IMG/VR virus record: IMGVR_UViG_3300038336_000082
Coordinates: 1 to 40,065 of that record
Length of the DNA: 40,065 nt
Reading direction: 5' to 3' (one strand)
Source of the DNA: a virus
Taxonomy: Duplodnaviria; Caudoviricetes
Positions 27,323 to 33,810 of this stretch are shown here, in pieces; position 1 is the first letter of the stretch, and every line of letters starts with the position of its first letter. A program made the position numbers and the translations under genes. Under the pieces are notes generated by a model, which saw only the letters and a program-made list of their open reading frames with translations, was not told the origin of the DNA and did not search any database.

Positions 27323-27964
27323 TTAATCCACGCTCCGATTTATCCATGCGGAAAAAAATTGTCGCATCGCTGGCCGCCTCTGAATCAATGTAACGTAGAA
27401 CTGCACACGCTTGATCCGTATCGAATTAAAGAACGCCACACGGCGTTCTCTTGCTTTTGTATAAGCATTTATCCAGGCTATTGTTTCAGGCGTGAATTTT
27501 GCGGGAATCGTCGGGATGGGATTGCCGGTCGCCCAGTATATTTCGATGAGAACCTTCGTGAGCAATCTCTCTGCCGCCGCGCCGCCCATGTTCACGGATT
27601 CGTCGCAGAGTTCATCGGCAATGCCCTGAGATTTTAATTTATCGAAATGAAATTTCAGCCAGTAGTCGCGCTCGTAGATCATGCGCGCCTGATCAGGTGT
27701 GAGATGTTTAATGATGAGTCCTTGCTTAAGCAGGCTTGTGCCGTATTGAGAAGCCGCTATGCCGTACTTTGTGCCCAGGAATCTGCCCTGGCCTTCTTTG
27801 CCGCCCGTCCAGTTGCCCGGATCGTGGATGTTATTGGAGTAGCCGCCCTCATGCGGGAGGATTGTGTTTTGCCACACCGGCAAAAAATCAGCCGCGAAAA
27901 CCGGCTGAGCAATCAAAACGAATATGAATATAATTGTGGCGATGATTTTCCGCATGTCTCGCAC
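27323..27964 (-). CDS. Endolysin, glycoside hydrolase family 108, with N-terminal signal peptide
   Basis: HEGGYSN..HDPG...TKYGI motif; leader MRKIIATIIFIFVLIAQPVFA. Confidence 0.88.
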   Translation of the reverse strand: MRDMRKIIATIIFIFVLIAQPVFAADFLPVWQNTILPHEGGYSNNIHDPGNWTGGKEGQGRFLGTKYGIAASQYGTSLLKQGLIIKHLTPDQARMIYERDYWLKFHFDKLKSQGIADELCDESVNMGGAAAERLLTKVLIEIYWATGNPIPTIPAKFTPETIAWINAYTKARERRVAFFNSIRIKRVQFYVTLIQRRPAMRQFFSAWINRSVD

Positions 27965-27990
27965 CTCGCTGGGTTCCTCCTCTATGCGCC

Positions 27991-28036
27991 TGCCGGTTGA
28001 TCGGGCGGAATGGCGACCGCCCGATCAGTTCCGGCA
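27991..28036. promoter_or_regulatory. Long hairpin upstream of the lysis/late operon
   Basis: Perfect 11-bp stem tgatcgggcgg/ccgcccgatca plus outer tgccgg/ccggca. Confidence 0.6.
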
Positions 28037-28121
28037 AGCTATAGCGAGGAGATGGTCATGTCTGGCTTACGACATTAAAGGATTGTTAAACGGCGGGCTA
28101 CCAAAGCACTTGAGAAAATGG

Positions 28122-28160
28122 CAAAAGAAAACCCCTCTCTCGCGCGTGCGAGGAGGGGCT
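28122..28160 (-). terminator. Intrinsic terminator ending the early/middle operon
   Basis: Minus strand agcccctcctcgc-acgc-gcgagagagggg followed by ttttctttt. Confidence 0.8.
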
Positions 28161-28188
28161 GGGAAGGTTTGAAAATAATTATAATGTA

Positions 28189-28374
28189 TTATTTATTAGT
28201 TCTATTTTCCGTAGTTAATAAGCGAGCCAGTTGTTGTAACCCGTTTACGATATCTACGGTGTCATTTGTTATATTGAATTTCTGTGATGCGAGGTAACCG
28301 TCTTGCAACATAATCACTATAGTGAATCCTCCATGACGATCGTCTTCTACTGTTATATTATTTAAAGTGCTCAT
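28189..28374 (-). CDS. Small AT-rich hypothetical protein
   Basis: 61-aa ORF with GAGGAGG SD. Confidence 0.6.
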   Translation of the reverse strand: MSTLNNITVEDDRHGGFTIVIMLQDGYLASQKFNITNDTVDIVNGLQQLARLLTTENRTNK

Positions 28375-28386
28375 GAGACCTCCTCT

Positions 28387-28692
28387 TTATTCAAACAACT
28401 TACCTTGCTGTAATTTCCCGCGTAAAATATCACGGATGCGCGTCTCCGTCAAGCCGTAACGCCGCGCCAGTTCCAGATGGTTGAATCCGGTGAACTCTTT
28501 GCGGATCCGTTCATCGCGTTTATCCATGAGCAGGCCGTCGAGTTTGCGGAAATAAAATCGCGTGCCGCCGAGGTACTCACTAAGGCTCAGTGTTGCCTCA
28601 ACGCCGATGATTTCCGCGATGTCCTGGTAACATTCAGGGAGACTTTCGGTGGTCATCTCGGCAGCGATTTCTTTTAGCCATTCACCTTTCAC
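28387..28692 (-). CDS. mor: Mor/C-family transcription activator
   Basis: GGTRFYF, RDERIR.EF.G.N..ELARRYGLT...IRDI motifs; located before lysis genes. Confidence 0.92.
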   Translation of the reverse strand: MKGEWLKEIAAEMTTESLPECYQDIAEIIGVEATLSLSEYLGGTRFYFRKLDGLLMDKRDERIRKEFTGFNHLELARRYGLTETRIRDILRGKLQQGKLFE

Positions 28693-29189
28693 TATTCACC
28701 CTTCACGGTTTGATGATCCAGCATTTTTTTCAGTCCTTCTATAACGGTCGAGGCTTCCCAGTCTTTTGTGATGCGTTCTATTCTGTAAAACTTTTTAATC
28801 CAGTGATGAAAGCCATCTTCGACACGCCACTTTATTTGTCCGGCCAGGGCGTCGATCATATCAAGCTGTTCTCTCGACGGCATGACAACAACATTTTCCG
28901 GACGATCCTTGCGGGGCATGGATCGGAAATCCTGAAAGGCGTTTGTTCCTCGTGTATATTTTTTTCGCCTGGGAATTTTGAAGCCTAATGTTTTGAAATG
29001 ATCGATCAACTTCGATGCCTGATGATAATTCAGATCCGTGCATGATGATGCCTTGCATTGAAGCCACAGAATGTCCCTGTATATCTGATCGGATAAACCG
29101 AGATTGCTTACTGCTGTATGAATTATCTTGATTTGCAACGGTTCGATTTTTTTAACGGGCCGTTCTATTTTCACACCGGTATTAATCAT
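28692..29189 (-). CDS. gemA: GemA / Mu gp16 (DUF1018) regulatory protein
   Basis: IHTA...LGLSD..YR..L.....SSC.DL......LI.HF..LGF and VIEGLKKM motifs. Confidence 0.85.
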   Translation of the reverse strand: MINTGVKIERPVKKIEPLQIKIIHTAVSNLGLSDQIYRDILWLQCKASSCTDLNYHQASKLIDHFKTLGFKIPRRKKYTRGTNAFQDFRSMPRKDRPENVVVMPSREQLDMIDALAGQIKWRVEDGFHHWIKKFYRIERITKDWEASTVIEGLKKMLDHQTVKGE

Positions 29190-29395
29190 GATCTATGCCT
29201 CAAAATGCCGCAAATATAACTGACTGTAAAAAACAAACTCACAAGGGAAATACCCCACTGCCCGGCTGTAATCGTGGCGTAAATCCAAAACGGCTGGCCG
29301 CACAGGCCGCAAATGAAACCGAGTTGGTATCGTTTGCCGGACAGCGCCCAAATCGAAATACAAGAGAAAAAGAATATGGCTACTTGAATAATCAT
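29186..29395 (-). CDS. Small hydrophobic membrane protein
   Basis: GFI.GL.GQPFW...GQWG pattern; ATGA overlaps at both ends. Confidence 0.65.
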   Translation of the reverse strand: MIIQVAIFFFSCISIWALSGKRYQLGFICGLCGQPFWIYATITAGQWGISLVSLFFTVSYICGILRHRS

Positions 29396-29937
29396 ATTTT
29401 TTTACCTATGCCGTTAACAATATCACGACATCGCTGCATATTGGCTTCTGCCACCTCAGGAGGAACGCTCCTGGGTGTTTCTTCCTTCTCCGGCCTGCCG
29501 TTCCCGGCCAGTGCGTTTCCTTCGCGCACGCGCAGATCCTTTTCGTCCTGTTTGGATTTTCCTTTTCCTTCGCGCTCGGAGATATCGATCATAATCTGTT
29601 TTAGGTAATTATGATTAGTCAGGTGCTTTTTGAAATCCCTTTTTATCATGATGTCCAGCGCCTCGCCGATTCCGGCGTGACTGATTCCGTATGTGACTTT
29701 TTCAAACGCGAATGATTGCGCGTCGAATAACTTTTTCATCTCTTCGATGATGAGCCGCAGCTTCTTGGCCTTGATGTGCATGGGCGTGACGCCGAATAGC
29801 TGCGCGTACCCCATGACCAGGTGCGCATACCGCGAACCAAAAGAGGGCAGCGCGGCGATGACGTAACGTAAATCCTTGTCTGTAATAACATCCATAAAAT
29901 TTATCTCCTTATTGCAGTGTGGGCAGTGATCGGTCAT
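29392..29937 (-). CDS. Hypothetical Mu-like middle protein (N-terminal CxxC)
   Basis: CPHC and L.NHNYLK motif; translationally coupled to neighbours. Confidence 0.7.
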   Translation of the reverse strand: MTDHCPHCNKEINFMDVITDKDLRYVIAALPSFGSRYAHLVMGYAQLFGVTPMHIKAKKLRLIIEEMKKLFDAQSFAFEKVTYGISHAGIGEALDIMIKRDFKKHLTNHNYLKQIMIDISEREGKGKSKQDEKDLRVREGNALAGNGRPEKEETPRSVPPEVAEANMQRCRDIVNGIGKKI

Positions 29938-30236
29938 TTTTTAGTTTCCTTATGTAACATCGCTTTTGATGTGACTTTTAATGATAAACAAACAAAGCCC
30001 TCCTGAAGACCATATCGTCGATCGTATAGTATATGAGTTATTCTGGCCGAGATTGATGATCCCGTATAAATCAACGGCTTTCCTTTTCGCATTTCTGCGC
30101 CGGAATATTTTGTCTCTCTTAAAAGCAATCTATCACCGGTGCTGAAAGTTCTGTCATTATAGCGAATCTCGCAAGACTTCTCCTCGTTGAAGAGATATTT
30201 AAATGGAATCTTGTCGCATTTTAATTCGTGTACCAT
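29934..30236 (-). CDS. ASCH/PUA-like (DUF3850-type) protein
   Basis: HELK...K..EIR.NDR.F..GD.L.LRE...YTG......ITH motif. Confidence 0.8.
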   Translation of the reverse strand: MVHELKCDKIPFKYLFNEEKSCEIRYNDRTFSTGDRLLLRETKYSGAEMRKGKPLIYTGSSISARITHILYDRRYGLQEGFVCLSLKVTSKAMLHKETKK

Positions 30237-30238
30237 TG

Positions 30239-30376
30239 TTATTTCTCCTCACATTTTTTATCCAGCCATTGACAACTAACGCCTGCTATCTGCCAGGCTT
30301 TTCTGATGATCGTCAGCGGAAGGCTGACAACAAAACAAACTATGATTATCCAGCCGATTAATATTTTTTTGATCAT
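30239..30376 (-). CDS. Small TM protein (45 aa)
   Basis: MIKKILIGWIIIVCFVVSLPL; ATG overlaps the upstream TGA. Confidence 0.5.
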   Translation of the reverse strand: MIKKILIGWIIIVCFVVSLPLTIIRKAWQIAGVSCQWLDKKCEEK

Positions 30377-30657
30377 GATATTTTCCCTTCGCTTTCTCCT
30401 GGATTCCGGCCTTCGCCGGAATGACACACTTTATTTGGTAAAAAAAACTTGTATGCCAATATCTTTTCGCGTGGTTCATTAATAGCCTCCGATATATGAG
30501 CAAGTAGAAATTTACCTGCTTTCGCAAGGCCAAAAATAATTACTCCAATTACCAGTAAGGTAATCGCGATCAGGAAAATAGTAATTGTCATCAAAAAAAA
30601 CATTTTAGCGACCAATGTCACCGCCTGACCATAATCAACCATTACAATGCCTTCCAT
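30373..30657 (-). CDS. Membrane protein whose C-terminus reads through a palindromic repeat
   Basis: AAGGAGG SD; long hydrophobic stretch; CHSGEGRNPG encoded by the repeat. Confidence 0.55.
   Translation of the reverse strand: MEGIVMVDYGQAVTLVAKMFFLMTITIFLIAITLLVIGVIIFGLAKAGKFLLAHISEAINEPREKILAYKFFLPNKVCHSGEGRNPGESEGKIS
30401..30425. repeat. dRS3/RPE-like palindrome (variant)
   Basis: ggattccggccttcgccggaatgac; both arms co-vary relative to the other copies. Confidence 0.88.
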
Positions 30658-30670
30658 AATTCCCTCCTTT

Positions 30671-30847
30671 TTAAACTTCGTAGTCTTCGCATCCTTTTTT
30701 TTCTCCCGGTTTGGGTATTGATTCCGGGAAAAACTTTTGTTTTTTTAAACAATACGCCCATCGCCAAACGTGCGGTTCATGCCGCCATCCATAGTGCGCG
30801 CATGTTGCGCAGATCCTCTCCAGTGGCGCGCTCAGTTCAGGACTCAT
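30671..30847 (-). CDS. Small Cys-rich protein (58 aa, not in ORF track)
   Basis: MSPELSAPLERICATCAHY...YCLKK...GCEDYEV*; ATGA overlap with the upstream gene. Confidence 0.6.
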   Translation of the reverse strand: MSPELSAPLERICATCAHYGWRHEPHVWRWAYCLKKQKFFPESIPKPGEKKGCEDYEV

Positions 30848-31065
30848 TTAAATGCACCGAGTGTACCTATAATTAACGCGATGCATGGCAGGTGTTTGTC
30901 CAACCAGGCCATAATGCGGCGCAGGTGGCGGGGCGGATATTTAACTTCTGCATCGCAACAAGTTTCAATTGAGAAAAGAATCCGACAATTATTTGAATAT
31001 TGCGGATCGTGTTGCATGCACGAATCTTTTGTACATATCGGTTCGCTAAAAATTAACTTCTTCAT
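30844..31065 (-). CDS. Small Cys-rich hypothetical protein
   Basis: Start taken at MKKLIFSEPIC, with an AGGAG SD at the edge of the upstream repeat. Confidence 0.55.
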   Translation of the reverse strand: MKKLIFSEPICTKDSCMQHDPQYSNNCRILFSIETCCDAEVKYPPRHLRRIMAWLDKHLPCIALIIGTLGAFK

Positions 31066-31078
31066 GTTTTTATCTCCT

Positions 31079-31103
31079 GGATTCCCGCCTGCGCGGGAAT
31101 GAC
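31079..31103. repeat. dRS3/RPE-like palindrome
   Basis: ggattcccgcctgcgcgggaatgac, identical to 9981-10005. Confidence 0.9.
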
Positions 31104-31106
31104 AAA

Positions 31107-31286
31107 TTATTTTTCCCGGCACTTTTTCCAGCCGCCATAACCGTAATCACTTTTATATTTTATTTCGCAGTCCGCGAAATCCCATCCCGCCATCGCGCAA
31201 GCGTCACGTACGGTCGCAGCGCGGTCTTCCCACCATTCGTTTGTTTTTGTATTTCTGATTCGATATACTTGTTTTGCTTTTACCAT
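31107..31286 (-). CDS. Small hypothetical protein (59 aa, not in ORF track)
   Basis: MVKAKQVYRIRNTKTNEWWED...GGWKKCREK* fills the gap after gam. Confidence 0.6.
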   Translation of the reverse strand: MVKAKQVYRIRNTKTNEWWEDRAATVRDACAMAGWDFADCEIKYKSDYGYGGWKKCREK

Positions 31287-31327
31287 TTACCATTCACCCT
31301 TCACCCTTCACTTTTCACTCTTCACGG
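31279..31327. repeat. Heptamer tandem repeat, 7 units
   Basis: tttacca tttacca ttcaccc ttcaccc ttcactt ttcactc ttcacgg. Confidence 0.9.
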
Positions 31328-31802
31328 TGTATTCAAATTCCTCTTTCGGTTTCCGCTCCGCGCCGATGAGCACGAGTTTGGCGTCCGGCCACTTTTCTAT
31401 TTTGTTGCGGTCGAGCGATTCGACGATCTTAATAACATCAATGAATTTGTTTTCCTTGCAGGCTGCCAATGCTGTTTTGGGAATGCTGACATGATCGCCT
31501 TCGTTACGGATCAGTGAGCCATGCGGCAGATTGACAACGTCGGTACCGTCAAAAAGGACTCCTTTGTTTCTCTTCATTAACGTGGTGAGTTCCTTTTCCA
31601 GCGCGCTTTTGTCGTTACGCAACGCATCGAGAAACTCTTTATAGGGCAACAACACTGCTTCCATTTCGGCGTTCGCCTTTGCTTCTAAATCAGTTATGCG
31701 TTCATTGATGTGTTTCACAAGAAGGAGCTTTTCATTTGCTTCTTCCTGGATTCCCGCCTTCGCGGGAATGACACTTTTCACATTTCTCTTTCCACTCTTC
31801 AC
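31308..31802 (-). CDS. gam: Gam-like host-nuclease inhibitor
   Basis: Coiled coil followed by V.LPHG.L, IK..ESLDR and G..RK..EEF.Y; Mu early-region position. Confidence 0.75.
   Translation of the reverse strand: MKSGKRNVKSVIPAKAGIQEEANEKLLLVKHINERITDLEAKANAEMEAVLLPYKEFLDALRNDKSALEKELTTLMKRNKGVLFDGTDVVNLPHGSLIRNEGDHVSIPKTALAACKENKFIDVIKIVESLDRNKIEKWPDAKLVLIGAERKPKEEFEYTVKSEK
31748..31772. repeat. dRS3/RPE-like palindrome in-frame within gam
   Basis: ggattcccgccttcgcgggaatgac encodes VIPAKAGI(Q). Confidence 0.9.
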
Positions 31803-31804
31803 GA

Positions 31805-32200
31805 TTATGTTGCCTCCATTTCAAGTTGAAGTTGTCCGAGATAGGCGGGCAGAGAAACTTTTTCCGCGAGTGAGTTTTGTTTGAGGATGATCAGTGCCTT
31901 GATTTTCCGTTTGCGCAGGTAGTCAGTATATTCACTGCCCGCAGCGGGTATGTAGTATCCGCCATCGTTCTGAGAGGAGGATGAACATATCGCAACGCCT
32001 TCATCCCGCAGGGCCGTGATTAATGTCCGCAGGGCGCGGGTGTCGTTGATCTTATCGTTCCAGGGACGATCAAAGACGATCTCATAAAGCGCGGTCATAC
32101 TGATGGCGTTAATTTTACCGACGTGGTTAAACATTTCCGACTGCAAACGGCTCCTGTTCTCAGATGTATCGATTTCTCTGCTTTTTTCTTTTTCAATCAT
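31805..32200 (-). CDS. Hypothetical winged-helix-like protein
   Basis: R.LR.LI..LR.EG..ICS.....GGYY motif; AAGGAGG SD. Confidence 0.7.
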   Translation of the reverse strand: MIEKEKSREIDTSENRSRLQSEMFNHVGKINAISMTALYEIVFDRPWNDKINDTRALRTLITALRDEGVAICSSSSQNDGGYYIPAAGSEYTDYLRKRKIKALIILKQNSLAEKVSLPAYLGQLQLEMEAT

Positions 32201-32251
32201 TTTGTGCCTCCTTTAAGATCTCATCTCCTCGCAAAGATTTAATCTTAATGC

Positions 32252-32276
32252 GGCGCGTTCGGGGAACGCACCCTAC
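32252..32276 (-). repeat. GTAG-tagged REP-like palindrome
   Basis: Minus strand GTAGGGTGCGTTCCCCGAACGCGCC. Confidence 0.7.
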
Positions 32277-32428
32277 CTCGTGAATATCCTCAGGCAGATC
32301 GGCCCGAAATGGAGCACCGCAATGATGATGACGGCCCAGCACAGGATTTCCATCGACCATTTATACAAAGGCACGCGCCTTTTTTTTATCGGCATTTTCT
32401 CAATGTACGGTACAAAGTTTTCAATCAT
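32273..32428 (-). CDS. Small TM protein (51 aa, not in ORF track)
   Basis: MIENFVPYIEKMPIKKRRVPLYKWSMEILCWAVIIIAVLHFGPICLRIFTR*. Confidence 0.55.
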   Translation of the reverse strand: MIENFVPYIEKMPIKKRRVPLYKWSMEILCWAVIIIAVLHFGPICLRIFTR

Positions 32429-32432
32429 GTTT

Positions 32433-32468
32433 TCACCCCCACCTGGCCTCCCCCCTCAAGGGGGAGGA
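32433..32468. repeat. CCCCTCAAGGG-type palindromic repeat
   Basis: tcacccccacctggcctccccc-ctcaagggggagga, similar to 11646-11680. Confidence 0.8.
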
Positions 32469-32508
32469 ACTAATCCTCTAATCCGTCTAAACTTCTAATC
32501 CTCTTTCC

Positions 32509-33765
32509 CTAAATCGCCATGACGACGTCTGCCGTGACTTTCTTTTCTCCCATTTCAAATGCCAGGTTCATGGCCCGCGCGGCGTAGTTATTGACGATCA
32601 GCGGATAGGCGTGTGATACGGTTTTATCGCGCCGGTCTTTGGTTGTCAGTCGGCGGCTCAGCGCGGCAAAGGCGTTATCATCGAAAATGTCTTCGATCTT
32701 CACGTTGATGCGTTTGAATTTCAGTTTTAAATATTCTTTCGTATTGCCGTTGAGGCCCTTGATTTCCGCCGTCTGTATTCTGCGGATCACTTCGCGCATT
32801 TCGATGTGCGCCTGCTCATTGAAAAGGTTTTTCAGTTCTGTCTGGCCCACCAGGATGATGCCCAAAAGTTTTCTGTAGCCGTCTTCCATTTCGGAAAAGC
32901 GTTTTAAATATTTGAGTGTGTTGGTGTTCAGATCGTGCGCTTCCTCAATAATAAGGACGGCCCTGAAATTCTGCTTTGCCCTCTCCAGCAGAAGTTTGTG
33001 CACCTGGCGGGATTTTGACTCTAAAGTTCTGGCCGGTTTTTGTTCCGACAGATCCATGATGATGGCGTCGCAAATACTCGATGAGTTGACTCTTGTTTTA
33101 TCGATCATCTTGGGGAAAATTACGATGGTGTCGCCGTCCTTGTTTAGCTGCTCAATGACCTTGCGGCGTATAACCGATTTGCCGCTGCCGACCTCGCCGA
33201 TGACGGCGAGAAATCCCGCGTGCCGCGCTGTGTCCAGCATTGCCGCTTCGATGTAACGATGTTCTTCGCTCATGAAAATGTCCGAATCCTTTTGAATGTC
33301 GTCAATAAAAGGGTTCCTGAATATTTTAAAATGTTTCATTGCTTCCTGATCTATCATCTCGACCTCCACGCTATTGATTAATTGTTCAGGGTTTCCCGGC
33401 ACGATTGCCGCTATCCGTCTTGTCGCCCACGTTCTGTCGCTCCGTCCTGCCGGAGCAACTGCGCGCAAATCCTTGCCCAGCGGCTGCCAGATGTCTTCAA
33501 TTTTCATCTGCCGTTCGATCAGCCACTGCATGGCTCGCGGGTTGGCTGATATCTCCGCTTCTACGATTGCTTTAAAATCCAGCCGCTCTTTCGGCATGTA
33601 TCCGCGATTGAACGTGAGGTTGATCGAGGCGCGGCTTAATTTCGTAGCCTTGCCGATCAGCGTCTGACTGATGCCGCACTCCACGCACACTTCTTTTAAA
33701 ATGATTGGCTTGAAATCCATCTCGTAGGCTGATTGTTCGTTTACTTTTGGTCTCGCCATTGCCAT
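32509..33765 (-). CDS. MuB-like transposition ATPase (ExeA/AAA_22 type) with N-terminal HTH
   Basis: Walker A GEVGSGKS, Walker B LIIEEAH, LVGQTEL; follows the transposase. Confidence 0.92.
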   Translation of the reverse strand: MAMARPKVNEQSAYEMDFKPIILKEVCVECGISQTLIGKATKLSRASINLTFNRGYMPKERLDFKAIVEAEISANPRAMQWLIERQMKIEDIWQPLGKDLRAVAPAGRSDRTWATRRIAAIVPGNPEQLINSVEVEMIDQEAMKHFKIFRNPFIDDIQKDSDIFMSEEHRYIEAAMLDTARHAGFLAVIGEVGSGKSVIRRKVIEQLNKDGDTIVIFPKMIDKTRVNSSSICDAIIMDLSEQKPARTLESKSRQVHKLLLERAKQNFRAVLIIEEAHDLNTNTLKYLKRFSEMEDGYRKLLGIILVGQTELKNLFNEQAHIEMREVIRRIQTAEIKGLNGNTKEYLKLKFKRINVKIEDIFDDNAFAALSRRLTTKDRRDKTVSHAYPLIVNNYAARAMNLAFEMGEKKVTADVVMAI

Positions 33766-33777
33766 CTCCTCTTTTCT

Positions 33778-33804
33778 GTCATTCCCGCCTGCGCGGGAAT
33801 CCAG
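33778..33804. repeat. dRS3/RPE-like palindrome, opposite tag orientation
   Basis: gtcattcccgcctgcgcgggaatccag between transposase and ATPase genes. Confidence 0.9.
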
Positions 33805-33810
33805 TATTTT

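Noticed and set aside
28122-28167. CCCCTC...GAGGGG element as another copy of the CCCCTCAAGGG repeat
   Set aside because: The loop differs and a U-tract follows on the coding strand, so it is better explained as an intrinsic terminator.
32469-32505. ctaatcc-like short repeats after the ATPase stop
   Set aside because: Irregular spacing and a single locus; too weak to call.
9564-33804. Palindromic repeats as a CRISPR array
   Set aside because: They are dispersed over 24 kb with no regular spacers and no cas genes.
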